64,000 nt of DNA from Obrimoposthia wandeli (Eukaryota): positions 62,001-126,000 of the forward strand of contig CDROCS010001688.1 in assembly GCA_977020255.1 (NCBI GenBank). The letters are read 5' to 3'. A program made the translations under genes and the position numbers. Below, piece by piece: positions 41,871 to 52,660 of the stretch. A model generated the notes under the pieces. It searched no databases, was not told the origin of the DNA, and saw nothing but the letters and a program-made list of their open reading frames with translations. Numbering within the stretch: the stretch's first letter is position 1; every line of letters begins with the position of its first letter.

Positions 41871-42398
41871 TTAAACAATGCCCATTATCTTTATTTTGAG
41901 GTAGGTCGCTAATGTTTTGCCATCTTGAATCTCATTTTTCAGTACTTTCTGTTCAAACTCAGCGATAGACATGGTGACGACTTCAATCACTTCATCGTCA
42001 TCTAATTCCCCGGCGGTTTCTGATAAACCTTGAGCGAGAAACAAGTATTGAACCTCATCACAAAACCCTGGTACAGGTAGGAGTTCACCAAGGCTTTGCC
42101 AATTTTCAGCTTTTAGGTTTACTTCTTCTGCCAGTTCTCTTTTCGCGCAGTTTAGAATGTCTTCTTTGCTTTCTAACGTACCTGCTGGAAATTCAAGAAT
42201 CCATTGCTTGATAGCTGGGCGATATTGATGCACCAAAACAAGCTCACCGTGTTGATTAATCGGCACAATGATCACGGCACCAGGATGTTTAACGGTGGTA
42301 AATTCAATATTACGCCCGTCAGGTAGTTGGTGCTGTTCTTGTTCTATTGAAAAGCATTTCCATTGGTAGAGCGTTTTGGCAGACGTTTTGGTAGACAT
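41871..42398 (-). CDS. NUDIX hydrolase (ADP-ribose pyrophosphatase-like)
   Basis: QYRPA, EFPAGTLESKEDILNCAKRELAEEV Nudix box. Confidence 0.92.
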   Translation of the reverse strand: MSTKTSAKTLYQWKCFSIEQEQHQLPDGRNIEFTTVKHPGAVIIVPINQHGELVLVHQYRPAIKQWILEFPAGTLESKEDILNCAKRELAEEVNLKAENWQSLGELLPVPGFCDEVQYLFLAQGLSETAGELDDDEVIEVVTMSIAEFEQKVLKNEIQDGKTLATYLKIKIMGIV

Positions 42399-42526
42399 AG
42401 GCAACTCCATTATAAGTGATAAATTTGATGAAATCGCTTTTCGATACTTCTGATCTTATTTATAAATAAGTTCAGAAGTACTGAACGTTATCTAAGAGCG
42501 AGCATGAAGTAATAGCCCGAATACGT

Positions 42527-43576
42527 CTAGCCAATAGCAATTTGGCTGCGTCCCCAGCTTTTTGCACGAAGTAGGGCACTCTCTGCTTTTATGTAATCGA
42601 AGCTATATTCCTGAAACTCGATAGGTGTAATACCAATGCTAACGGTAATACTGACCTTATGACCCGATTCTAATTCTAAAGACCAGCTGGCAATTTCGTC
42701 TTTTAATTTAGATGCAAACTCTTCAGCGGCTATTATGTCTGTTTCGGGCAGCAGTAAACAAAACTCTTCACCACCGATCCGAGCGAGGTGATCGCCTTTA
42801 CGAGTATTCTCGCGTAAGCATTTAGCTAGCATCATCAAGACTTGATCGCCAGCATGTAAACCGTAGCGATCATTAACGGCTTTAAACCCATCAATGTCTA
42901 GAACAAGCATAGAGAAATCACGTAAATAACGTTGACTACGTGCTGATTCACTTTGATAAATCGGCAATAGCCCAGAACGATTGTGTAAATCCGTTAGAAA
43001 ATCTGTGGTTGCCGTTTGTTTTACTCGCGCGATTGCTTCGTTACGATGACGAGCAAGTAAATAAGCCATAATTAAGACAACTGAATATGCACTGATGTTT
43101 TGTAATGCTTCCGCTATTTGAAGTTGTTTATCAGAAACTTCAGCGACGCCCAGTACAATGTAGAAACAACCAAATAATGAGCTATACCACCAAGCGTATT
43201 TCTGTTGTAACGCGAAGAAGCACAATAATGGAATAGTCAGACCAATGGTATTGCTGATATGGCGAGAGCTGTCAGCATAAAAACCTAGTGCACAGGCTGC
43301 TGTTGTTGAAAAGATAAAAACCCAAATTAGTAAATAGGGGTTAACTTTATATTTATTGATAATTGAAAGTACATAGCAAATGATCATACCGATAACGGCA
43401 GAAAAGGTGAAGTTAACAGGAACGTTAGAGACAAAATAAGTGAAAGCAATAATCGCACAAATCATGCCTGAGAATGGGAATAGAATAGTCAGCTGCTTTT
43501 GAAGCGTTTTCTCGCTTAATTCTATGTATGCAAAATTTGAGGATTCAAGCTGAGTGCTTTTTATAAGTGTTGCCAT
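42527..43576 (-). CDS. Membrane-anchored diguanylate cyclase (GGEEF)
   Basis: Multi-TM N-terminus; TDFLTDLHNR, DIDGFKAVNDRYGLHAGD, RKGD I-site, GGEEF. Confidence 0.92.
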   Translation of the reverse strand: MATLIKSTQLESSNFAYIELSEKTLQKQLTILFPFSGMICAIIAFTYFVSNVPVNFTFSAVIGMIICYVLSIINKYKVNPYLLIWVFIFSTTAACALGFYADSSRHISNTIGLTIPLLCFFALQQKYAWWYSSLFGCFYIVLGVAEVSDKQLQIAEALQNISAYSVVLIMAYLLARHRNEAIARVKQTATTDFLTDLHNRSGLLPIYQSESARSQRYLRDFSMLVLDIDGFKAVNDRYGLHAGDQVLMMLAKCLRENTRKGDHLARIGGEEFCLLLPETDIIAAEEFASKLKDEIASWSLELESGHKVSITVSIGITPIEFQEYSFDYIKAESALLRAKSWGRSQIAIG

Positions 43577-43703
43577 AATACGGTATTACATCCTTGTTAC
43601 ATAAAAAAACTGTCAATGCGCAACGCGGTGCATTGACGGTTGTAGAGTAACAGTAATGTCGTTTATGTCTAATTATTTTTAGTAACAAATGTAATCTGTT
43701 GAT

Positions 43704-44627
43704 TTACGACAAGAATGATTTTATTAATTTAATCATGACCTCAGGTTGTTCGTTCGTGACCCCATGGCCTGTCTCGGGAATGACGACAATCGGTGCATTT
43801 AAATACTCACTGAGTTGAATGCCACTTTTTAGCGGGAAGATCTGATCACTGTCTCCCCAAATCACCATGCTACTGGGTAGATTCTTAGGCGGGAATTCTG
43901 CAATACGATCTCTATCTTTTATGAGTGTTTGAATTAATGACGTTCTTTCTATTTGCCAAGGCGAGAAATAACTGGTGTAAATTTGATCGGCAATAAAATC
44001 GGGCATGTATTTCTTTTCATAAAAAACGTTATCAAATAATCGTCTTACTTCATTGCTGTTTTGAGGTACAAATAAATTCTCAGGTTTATCAACCCCTGCG
44101 CGTAGACATAACGCGTCAAGATCTTTTTCGGAGAATAGCGGGCCAGGGCTAGCAATGATGATCGATTTATCAATGCGTGCAGGTGTGGTCATCATGTTGT
44201 AGGTTACGAATCCACCGTATGAAATACCCGCTACATTCACTTTATCTATTTTTAAGTGATCCATGAGTTGCCAGATGGCATTTGTTTGGGTGGTTAAATC
44301 AGGCAGACCTTTACTGTGAGAATCGCCAAACCAGACAAGATCAGGTGCAATAACTTGATAGTCTTGGCTTAGAACCATCATTTCCTTTTTCCATGTGGAA
44401 ATTGCGGTGCCGCCAAAGCCATGAAGTAATAACAAAGGTTTACCCGTACCGCCGACCCAGTACTTAATGCTGCCACCTTCTTTTAAAGGCAGAAACTGCT
44501 CACTGTATCCCGCATTGACCAATGACTCTTCGTCTTGCGTAGCTTTCCATTTAACTATTTCACAGCCTGAAAGGGTAAATATAAGCACAAAAAAAAGAAT
44601 AACATGTCGATATAGTCTTGGCATCAA
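43704..44627 (-). CDS. Alpha/beta-fold hydrolase, probable lipoprotein
   Basis: Lipobox TLSGC; LLHGFGG, GISYGG, WGDSD, TGHG. Confidence 0.88.
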   Translation of the reverse strand: MMPRLYRHVILFFVLIFTLSGCEIVKWKATQDEESLVNAGYSEQFLPLKEGGSIKYWVGGTGKPLLLLHGFGGTAISTWKKEMMVLSQDYQVIAPDLVWFGDSHSKGLPDLTTQTNAIWQLMDHLKIDKVNVAGISYGGFVTYNMMTTPARIDKSIIIASPGPLFSEKDLDALCLRAGVDKPENLFVPQNSNEVRRLFDNVFYEKKYMPDFIADQIYTSYFSPWQIERTSLIQTLIKDRDRIAEFPPKNLPSSMVIWGDSDQIFPLKSGIQLSEYLNAPIVVIPETGHGVTNEQPEVMIKLIKSFLS

Positions 44628-45039
44628 ACGGTCCTTTTGGGTGACGGCGCAAACTGAGTGTCGTGTATTATACAGTGTTTTTAACCTGATTCATCAAAGC
44701 GAAATTTTTTTTGTGGATGTTTAGTATACGAATTGCACGTAAATATAGGCAATGGTCGGAATTTTGAAAACTTTGGCTTTATAATTGTAGGTATCATTTC
44801 TTATCGCATTTTTTTTTCGATATACTCGTTTCTACTCATATAGAATATGAGTCATACCTGTCAGTTTTAAATAACATGCTATAAACTTTTTTTGAATATC
44901 TTGTAGTAAAAAGAGTGTTTATACTCAAGCTAGCACGCGTTTTAATTTAAAATTCCCTTTCAAACACATTGAACAATCAACACTTTAGCGGTGTTAGTAG
45001 AACGACTAGGTCGTGCCTTTTAAAATTAGGGGAGAGAAC

Positions 45040-46056
45040 ATGCGTGTTTTAGTTACTGGGGGAATGGGTTACATCGGTAGTCATACTTGTGTTCAAATGA
45101 TAGAAGCAGGAATGACCCCAATTATCGTTGATAACCTATATAACAGTAAAGAAACAGTATTGGCTCGCATTGAAGCATTAACCGGTGTGATGCCTGCGTT
45201 TTTTCAAGGTGATATTCGTGACCGTGCTTTTTTAGATAGCGTACTCTCTGAAAATGATATCGATGCTGTTATTCACTTTGCAGGCTTGAAAGCGGTGGGT
45301 GAATCTGTTGTTAAGCCTTTGGAATACTATGATAACAACGTGCATGGTACCTTGGTATTAGTTGAAGCAATGCGTGCTGCTGGCGTTAATAGCCTTATTT
45401 TTAGTTCTTCTGCAACGGTATATGGCGATCCTGCCTCTGTGCCTATTACAGAAAACTTTCCAACGAGCGCAACCAACCCGTATGGCCGCAGTAAGTTAAT
45501 GGTTGAAGAATGCCTTACCGATATTCAGTTGGCTTACCCAGAAATGAGCATTACGCTACTGCGTTACTTTAACCCAGTTGGCTCTCATAAATCGGGCACA
45601 ATGGGGGAAGACCCACAAGGTATTCCAAATAACTTAATGCCGTTTATCTCTCAGGTAGCGGTTGGTCGTCGTGAATTCTTATCTGTGTTTGGTGATGACT
45701 ACCCAACAGTCGATGGTACCGGTGTGCGTGATTATATTCACGTTGTTGATTTGGCTGATGGTCACTTAGCGGCATTGAACTACAAGGGTTTAGAAACTGG
45801 TCTACATATCTACAACCTTGGTACAGGTAATGGCAGCAGTGTAATCCAAATGGTTGATGCATTTGCAAAAGCATCTGGTGTTGAGGTTGCTTATAAGGTC
45901 GCACCACGTCGTCCTGGTGATATTGCAGAATGTTGGGCAGATCCAGCCAAAGCAAAAGCAGAGCTTCATTGGGAAGCGAAGCTGTCAGTTGAAGACATGA
46001 CAACAGATACATGGCGTTGGCAGTCAAATAACCCTAATGGTTACCCTGACGCATAA
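45040..46056 (+). CDS. galE: UDP-glucose 4-epimerase
   Basis: GGMGYIGSHT, HFAGLKAVGES, FSSSATVYG, PYGRSK, LRYFNPVG. Confidence 0.97.
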   Translation: MRVLVTGGMGYIGSHTCVQMIEAGMTPIIVDNLYNSKETVLARIEALTGVMPAFFQGDIRDRAFLDSVLSENDIDAVIHFAGLKAVGESVVKPLEYYDNNVHGTLVLVEAMRAAGVNSLIFSSSATVYGDPASVPITENFPTSATNPYGRSKLMVEECLTDIQLAYPEMSITLLRYFNPVGSHKSGTMGEDPQGIPNNLMPFISQVAVGRREFLSVFGDDYPTVDGTGVRDYIHVVDLADGHLAALNYKGLETGLHIYNLGTGNGSSVIQMVDAFAKASGVEVAYKVAPRRPGDIAECWADPAKAKAELHWEAKLSVEDMTTDTWRWQSNNPNGYPDA

Positions 46057-46220
46057 CGAGTCTATCGATGCGTTAACGGCATTAGAGTATAAGAATAAAA
46101 GTAAACCGCTATATCGACTGTGATAACAGATTGAATAGCGGTTTTGTGCGTGTAATGACATAAATCACGTGTTTTATTGCAGTTTATATCATGAGGTCTA
46201 GATGTACCTTAGAAATACTG

Positions 46221-46270
46221 TGCTATAATCTGCAGCTAACATTTTTCACTTTTGTGTGAAGTTAATCACA
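46221..46270 (+). promoter_or_regulatory. Extended -10 promoter (TGcTATAAT) with downstream perfect CRP core
   Basis: TGCTATAAT at 46221-46229; TGTGA-agttaa-TCACA at 46255-46270. Confidence 0.65.
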
Positions 46271-46332
46271 TAAAGGTCGAGATATTATTGATTGTAAACT
46301 CTGAATCAGAGCGTTTTTACCGGAGCATCATT

Positions 46333-47676
46333 TTGCATTTTAAAGATCTTGGATTAGACCCACGCCTTCTTAAGAAACTGACACACCTTGGGTTTGATCG
46401 AGCAACTGAAATTCAGCGAACAGCCGTCCCCGTGGCTATTATGGGGAAAGACGTGCTAGCCTCGTCGAAAACAGGCTCTGGTAAAACACTGGCGTTTTTA
46501 TTGCCTGCTATGCAACGTATGTATCGTGGTAAGCCATTTACTCGTCGCGATCAACGTGTACTTATTTTAACGCCAACGCGTGAGTTAGCAAAACAAGTGT
46601 TTGCTCAATTACGTACGTTAAATGCGGGTACACCGTATGATGGCGCACTGATTGTTGGTGGTGAAAACTTCAACGATCAAGTGAAAGAATTCCGTAAAGA
46701 CCCAATGTTTGTTGTAGCAACACCGGGTCGTTTTGCCGACCACCTTGAGCACCGTAGTACAAGCCTTGATGGTCTTGAAATGCTAATTCTTGATGAAGCA
46801 GACCGTATGCTTGATCTTGGTTTTGCACCTCAGCTACGCCGTATTCACGAATTGGCTAACCACCGTCGTCGTCAAACTCTAATGTTCTCTGCAACAATGG
46901 ATAATGAAGATGTGATTGAAATGGCGTCAGAGATGCTAAATGCACCTAAGCGTCTTTCTGTTGGTAACTCAAACGAAGAACACACTGATATTACACAGCG
47001 TTTCTACTTGTGTGATCACTTAGATCATAAACAAGCACTACTTGATAAAGTGCTTGAGACTGAAGATTACAATCAGGTTATTATCTTTACGGCAACGCGT
47101 GCAGATACTGATCGCTTAACGGCTGAGCTGAACGAACGTAAACTGAAAGCTGTCGCACTAAGCGGCAACTTAAATCAGAATCAACGTAACAGCATCATGA
47201 GTCAGTTTGAACGTGTATGTCATAAGATTCTGGTAACAACAGATGTTGCTTCTCGTGGTCTAGATATTGATGGTGTATCGCACGTTATTAACTTTGATAT
47301 GCCAAAGCATGCTGAAGAATATGTTCACCGTGTGGGTCGTACTGGTCGTGCTGGTAACAAAGGTGATGCAATTTCACTTGTTGGCCCTAAAGACTGGAAG
47401 AGCTTTAAAAGTGTTGAAGCCTATTTACAGCAATCTATTTCTTTCACTGTATTTGAAGGTTTAGCCGGTAAGTTCAAAGGTCTTAAACCTGCACCGAAGA
47501 AAAAGTTCACGAAGAAGAAACCAACAGATCAAAAAGCACCTACTGCTCAAAAATCAACAGCGCCTAAAGCGAAGAAAAAAGTTGATAAGCGTTTTTACGA
47601 TAACGTTGCAGTGGGCGAAAATGTATTTAAGCCGAAGAAAAAGCGTGACGTTGATGTAAGTAAAGACGACGCATAA
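46333..47676 (+). CDS. DEAD-box RNA helicase (SrmB-like)
   Basis: TTG start after GGAG; Q-motif, SKTGSGKT, PTRELA, DEAD, SAT, HRVGRTGRAG; Lys-rich tail. Confidence 0.92.
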   Translation: MHFKDLGLDPRLLKKLTHLGFDRATEIQRTAVPVAIMGKDVLASSKTGSGKTLAFLLPAMQRMYRGKPFTRRDQRVLILTPTRELAKQVFAQLRTLNAGTPYDGALIVGGENFNDQVKEFRKDPMFVVATPGRFADHLEHRSTSLDGLEMLILDEADRMLDLGFAPQLRRIHELANHRRRQTLMFSATMDNEDVIEMASEMLNAPKRLSVGNSNEEHTDITQRFYLCDHLDHKQALLDKVLETEDYNQVIIFTATRADTDRLTAELNERKLKAVALSGNLNQNQRNSIMSQFERVCHKILVTTDVASRGLDIDGVSHVINFDMPKHAEEYVHRVGRTGRAGNKGDAISLVGPKDWKSFKSVEAYLQQSISFTVFEGLAGKFKGLKPAPKKKFTKKKPTDQKAPTAQKSTAPKAKKKVDKRFYDNVAVGENVFKPKKKRDVDVSKDDA

Positions 47677-47722
47677 AGACACTAATTACCCCGTTTCTAT
47701 CTCGGTGTAACGTGTAATAAAG

Positions 47723-47759
47723 AAAGGCGTTAACTGTTATTAACAGTGACGCCTTTTTT
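47723..47759. terminator. Bidirectional Rho-independent terminator
   Basis: aaaggcgttaactgtta-t-taacagtgacgcctttttt. Confidence 0.8.
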
Positions 47760-47873
47760 GTATATCGCATTTATCAACGTTAAATACATTTCTTATTCGT
47801 TCACCAAGCTGCACTTATTCAAGGTCGATACCAACGTAAAATACCTAAATTCTGCACTGCATTAGTGACGCTG

Positions 47874-48842
47874 TCACTTTTTAGAGGGATGCCAGTTATG
47901 CTGGTTGATAAGGCTAAGTAGCTGCTCAGTTTCTTCATCTAATCCCTTGATTAACCAGCTGATAAAATTTGTGACCTTGTCACTTTTTGTTCGGCAGTAA
48001 TAATAATACTTCCACGGGCTATCAATGATTTTTGCTTCAAGGGGCAGTTTTAAAAAACCTTGCTTCAATTCGTTCGTCACAAAAAGTAAATCGGTAATTG
48101 TGGCTCCTTGCCCTGATAGGCAAGATGTTAATGCCATGTCTAATGTATCGAATGTGAGTTCAGTTTTACCCAGTGGCTGCTGCATGTTGGTTTGTATAAA
48201 CCAAGCACGCCAATCAGAGCGATCTTTTGTTGGATGCAGTCGTGGATAAGTCAGTAATTCATCGATTGTTAGCTGCGTATCTCCCTTTACTAATAACATC
48301 GAATAAACGGGTGCTAAATATTCTTTGCGTAAAAATACGATCGGTTGTTTGATTGTTGTGGGGTCTTGATAGTTTGAAATCGCAATATCGTAATCATCTG
48401 AATCGAGATTCAGTTGATCACCAGAATTGCCGTTATTGCCAATATTCGATGAAATAATGATGTCTAAGTTGGGGTTCTGTTCTTTAAAGGAATGCAAACG
48501 GGGGATCAACCAACGTACCGCAAAGCTCATTGAAACATTTAATTTTAGGGTGTTATCTTCATGCTGTTTAAGCTGGTGAATGGTGTTGTTTAGCTCACTG
48601 AATTGGCGAGTCAGTAGTAAAGCAATTTCTTTGCCTTCCTCTGTCAGTATTAATGCACGGTGCTGACGAATAAAGAGTGCAAAACCAAGCTGTTGTTCTA
48701 ATAAACGTATCTGACGGCTAACCGCACTTTGTGTCACGTTTAGCTCTTGGGCTGCAATGGTAAAACTGAGGTGTCTAGCTGCTGCTTCGAATACGCGAAG
48801 CCCATTTAAAGACGAAGGCAGTAGGGTATGTCTTTTAATCAT
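47874..48842 (-). CDS. LysR-family regulator (GcvA-like), divergent from the MATE gene
   Basis: LRVFEAAARHLSFTIAAQELNVTQSAVSRQIRLLE; WLIPRL. Confidence 0.92.
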   Translation of the reverse strand: MIKRHTLLPSSLNGLRVFEAAARHLSFTIAAQELNVTQSAVSRQIRLLEQQLGFALFIRQHRALILTEEGKEIALLLTRQFSELNNTIHQLKQHEDNTLKLNVSMSFAVRWLIPRLHSFKEQNPNLDIIISSNIGNNGNSGDQLNLDSDDYDIAISNYQDPTTIKQPIVFLRKEYLAPVYSMLLVKGDTQLTIDELLTYPRLHPTKDRSDWRAWFIQTNMQQPLGKTELTFDTLDMALTSCLSGQGATITDLLFVTNELKQGFLKLPLEAKIIDSPWKYYYYCRTKSDKVTNFISWLIKGLDEETEQLLSLINQHNWHPSKK

Positions 48843-49010
48843 TAGTCATCATTTCTTCGCATGAGTTTTTAGAATGCTAAAGTGCCATAAAAGTCGTTTG
48901 AAAAGCAAGGCTACTTTTTTTACATTAGCTGATAATGTTTCTTGGATTCAATAGTAAGTGCATAACCATGTAATTAATAAGCATGGTTAGTTACTTTGAT
49001 TAGGTAATAA

Positions 49011-50420
49011 ATGAAAAAACTGCTCACTCTTGCTATACCTCTTATTATTTCTCAACTGGTTGCGCAATTACTGGTTTTTACCGACGTCTGGATGATGGCA
49101 CAAATGAGCATACTGGCGATTGCTGGTGGCGGATTAGGTGCATCGGTTTATTCTTTTGTCTTTATTATTGCGGGCAGTACCGTCGGGTGTGTTGCGAACT
49201 TAATTGCTATCGCCTATGGCAAGCGAGTACGACAACCTGATGCGGGTAACACTGAGATTCGAACCGCAGTGAAGGGCGGAATACTGTTATCTTTACTACT
49301 TACCGTTACACTTCAGCCATTCTTTGTCATGCTTAAAGATTGGTTATTAATGGCCGATCAAGATCCACAAGCTGTTGCTTTGGCGATGGATTACATAAAT
49401 GCATTAAAGTGGTCAATGCTACCAACTTTAATGTTGTTAGTATTACGCAGCTTAGTCAGTGCGTTTGGTGATACGCGTTCGATAATGGTGATGTCGGTTG
49501 CAACGGTTATTTTGAATGTACCTATCAGCTATGTTCTCGCATTCAAGATGGATATGGGAATAGCGGGTTTAGGTTATGGTTCGTCGTTGGCATCGCTGAT
49601 TATTATGGTTGTTTATGGGCATTGGGTCTTTAATCGTGATCGTTACCGTCAATTTACCCCCTTTGCTAAGTTACATGAATACCGTTTGGGTACCATAAAA
49701 CCATTATTAGCCATTGGTGTGCCAATTATGATCGCGACATTACTCGAGCATGCCTTGTTTTCTGGTGGCGCATTATTGGCCGGTACATTGGGTGCAGTTT
49801 CATTAGCTATTCATCAAATAGCGATGCAATGTTTGAACTTGTCATGGAATATTGCGTTTGGTTTTTCACAAGCCGCCTCTATTTTAGTTAGCCAGCATTT
49901 TGGTCGTGGTGAACCTAATATGGTAAGGCAGTATGCTAAACAAGGGCTCTTTGTTGTAACCGCGACCAGTGCCGTTATTGGTTTATTCTTGATTATTTGG
50001 CCTGAGTTTTTAACACAAGTATTCAGCATCGAAGGGGACGCAATGGCACAAGAGTTAGTTACAGCCTTACCAGCCGTGATGATTATGGTTGCGCTGTGTT
50101 TTGTTGTTGATGCATGGCAGTTAACGGCGATTAGTGTATTACGTGGCATGAAGGTAGTTATCGCTCCAACAATTTCGACTGTGATTGGCTATTGGCTTAT
50201 TGGCTTACCTGCCGCGTGGTTACTTATGAAATTAATGGGTGTAAAAGGTGTGTGGGCGGGTTTTGCCGTTGGTTTAGCGGCAACAGGCTTAATGTTAGTT
50301 ATATTGTTATTTAAATCATTAACACGCTTTGAAAACCAGATTAAAAAACAAAATGATGAAGATGCACATGATCACAGTAAGAGCGCTAATGTGGCTACAC
50401 AAACGATTACAGCAGCGTAG
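49011..50420 (+). CDS. MATE-family efflux transporter
   Basis: 12 TM; LAIPLIISQL, DVWMMAQ, GVKGVWAGF. Confidence 0.9.
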   Translation: MKKLLTLAIPLIISQLVAQLLVFTDVWMMAQMSILAIAGGGLGASVYSFVFIIAGSTVGCVANLIAIAYGKRVRQPDAGNTEIRTAVKGGILLSLLLTVTLQPFFVMLKDWLLMADQDPQAVALAMDYINALKWSMLPTLMLLVLRSLVSAFGDTRSIMVMSVATVILNVPISYVLAFKMDMGIAGLGYGSSLASLIIMVVYGHWVFNRDRYRQFTPFAKLHEYRLGTIKPLLAIGVPIMIATLLEHALFSGGALLAGTLGAVSLAIHQIAMQCLNLSWNIAFGFSQAASILVSQHFGRGEPNMVRQYAKQGLFVVTATSAVIGLFLIIWPEFLTQVFSIEGDAMAQELVTALPAVMIMVALCFVVDAWQLTAISVLRGMKVVIAPTISTVIGYWLIGLPAAWLLMKLMGVKGVWAGFAVGLAATGLMLVILLFKSLTRFENQIKKQNDEDAHDHSKSANVATQTITAA

Positions 50421-50480
50421 TTTTCAGCAAAGAGCAGTAAACGTTCACTGTAAGTGATACTGAAATTTAATAACGTATTA

Positions 50481-50510
50481 AACCGTTGCTTCAGCAAGCA
50501 GCGGTTTTTT
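50481..50510 (+). terminator. Rho-independent terminator after the MATE gene
   Basis: aaccgttgctt-cagc-aagcagcggtt plus T tract. Confidence 0.8.
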
Positions 50511-50561
50511 ATTGCCTAAGCATCGTTATTTTGTATGCATTAATCGCAATTAATAATATTA

Positions 50562-50580
50562 AATGAGAATCATTCTTGAT
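50562..50580 (+). promoter_or_regulatory. Fur box
   Basis: AATGAGAATCATTCTTGAT, about 55 nt upstream of the S9 peptidase-receptor operon. Confidence 0.75.
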
Positions 50581-50633
50581 CTCATTCGTGTTGATGTGTA
50601 TTATTTGCGAAAAATCGCTTCTATAAGTTTATT

Positions 50634-52643
50634 ATGTTGTTAAGTTCTGTGTTGTTAGCTTCGATGCTACAGAATCCTCTTTGTGATGTTTGCTGGTTAC
50701 GTGATGATAGTCGTAAAAATACGACGGTATTGGCGTATTTAAAAAATGAAAATAAAACATCTGAACACTATTTAAAACCATTGATGGGCACACAGGAAAA
50801 GCTACTCAATGAATGGGAAGCTATGGTTGGAAATAAAGCAGAATCGCCTTGGTTAGATATTAATGGGTACTACTATAGAACCTTAAATAAAGGTGTTCGT
50901 GGCGTAGTGATTCGAAAAAATCAGCAACGTGAAGATGTTGTAATTAATATGAACCAGCGCGCACAGAATCATACTTATTATAATTTAGGGAATTGGAGTG
51001 TTAGTCCCAATAACCGTTTAGTTGCAATTGCAGAGAATATCGTAGGTGATGATAATTATATTATTTCCGTTATCGATATAGCATCAGGTGAAACACTAAC
51101 TCAATTTTTGGGTGAGTATGCAGATACCTTGGTGTGGAAATCAGACAATGAAGTGATTGTTGTTGAAAATGAAGCCAACACATATAGACCATATAAAGCG
51201 GTATTACGAAATATTAAGACAAACACGTCAGTCACGTTATACCAAGAAACCAATCCTGCTTGGTTAGTCTCTGCTTATATCGCATCCGATGCGAAAAGCA
51301 TTCTTATTCAGAGTAATAATCATAATACGAGTGTTCAATACCTATTACGTTCAGAAGAAAAATTGGGTATAGATCCAAAAGCAGCGCTTCGATTGGTTAA
51401 ACCTCGAAAAAGTAGTGTTGAGTATTATGTCGATGTGCTGGATAGCAAGTATTACATAAAGTCTAATCAAGGTGGGAAATTTGCAATTTACACTGCGCAG
51501 GATGTGCAACGTGAATGGACGCCCATTATCCAGCCTAAAGGGGAGATCACTCGTTGGCACCTTGCTAATCGCCGTATTGTGATTGAAGATAAAAAACAAG
51601 GAATAACATTACTGGAAGGTTTTGATCTTCAGGGCAAAAAAGTATTCAGTAATAACCTGTCAAAAGCAGCATCTGTTGGGTGGATGGCCCGAAATACAAA
51701 CCCAGCCAGTCAGACGATTAATATACGTACCATGGGGTTAAGCCAACCACCAGCATGGACAAAGCTAAACATAGAGACAGGTGAAACAGTCAGTTCAGAG
51801 GCTGATGTATATAACCAATTTGAAACGAATAATTACGTATCAGAATTAATAAGTGTAAACCATCAAGGTGTAGAGGTTCCTGTATCTCTGGTATACCGCA
51901 AAGATATGCTTACCGACGATTCACCAGTATTCCTTTACGGTTATGGTGCCTATGGCGTCACGATGCGCCCTTATTTTATGCCACAGATTATTTCATTAGT
52001 CGACCGAGGTGCAGTGTATGCCATTGTGCATGTTCGTGGTGGTGGATTTAAAGGCGATGATTGGTATCAGGCAGGTAAAGGTGTAAACCGACTTAATAGT
52101 ATTCAAGACTTCATTGCAGCTGCTCAAGTAATGAAACAATTTCGTGCAGGATCATCGTCGACAAAGAAAGTGGGCAGGGACATTTTAGCACTAGGTAGCA
52201 GTGCCGGTGGTACGCTTGTCGCTGCAGCAATCAACCAACGTCCTGAGTTATTTAAAGGGGCTGCACTGCAGGTGCCATTTGTTGATGTATTAAGCAGTAT
52301 GTCTGATGAATCGATTCCATTAACTCGCCAACAATATGCTGAATGGGGAAACCCGAATAAGCCTGAAGAACGTAATGTAATGCGTGCTTATAGCCCATTT
52401 GACAATATTTCAGCACAAAACTATCCCGCTCTGTTGGTTCGAAGTGGCTTATTTGATAGTCGCGTACCTTACTGGGAAGCGGCTAAATATACTGCACGTA
52501 TTAAAGCATTATCGACAGCTAATAATCCTTATTTATTAGTCACAGATTTGCAGTCTGGACATAGTACAGACCGCACTAAGGCACTACGCCAACAAGCGAT
52601 GGATTACGCATTTTTGCTCAATCTGACCAACCTTAATAAATAA
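50634..52643 (+). CDS. S9A prolyl oligopeptidase / oligopeptidase B-like, probably exported
   Basis: YGYGAYG, HVRGGG, GSSAGG (Ser), DSRV (Asp), SGH (His); short hydrophobic N-terminus. Confidence 0.9.
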   Translation: MLLSSVLLASMLQNPLCDVCWLRDDSRKNTTVLAYLKNENKTSEHYLKPLMGTQEKLLNEWEAMVGNKAESPWLDINGYYYRTLNKGVRGVVIRKNQQREDVVINMNQRAQNHTYYNLGNWSVSPNNRLVAIAENIVGDDNYIISVIDIASGETLTQFLGEYADTLVWKSDNEVIVVENEANTYRPYKAVLRNIKTNTSVTLYQETNPAWLVSAYIASDAKSILIQSNNHNTSVQYLLRSEEKLGIDPKAALRLVKPRKSSVEYYVDVLDSKYYIKSNQGGKFAIYTAQDVQREWTPIIQPKGEITRWHLANRRIVIEDKKQGITLLEGFDLQGKKVFSNNLSKAASVGWMARNTNPASQTINIRTMGLSQPPAWTKLNIETGETVSSEADVYNQFETNNYVSELISVNHQGVEVPVSLVYRKDMLTDDSPVFLYGYGAYGVTMRPYFMPQIISLVDRGAVYAIVHVRGGGFKGDDWYQAGKGVNRLNSIQDFIAAAQVMKQFRAGSSSTKKVGRDILALGSSAGGTLVAAAINQRPELFKGAALQVPFVDVLSSMSDESIPLTRQQYAEWGNPNKPEERNVMRAYSPFDNISAQNYPALLVRSGLFDSRVPYWEAAKYTARIKALSTANNPYLLVTDLQSGHSTDRTKALRQQAMDYAFLLNLTNLNK

Positions 52644-52660
52644 TAATAAGTAGTATACCC

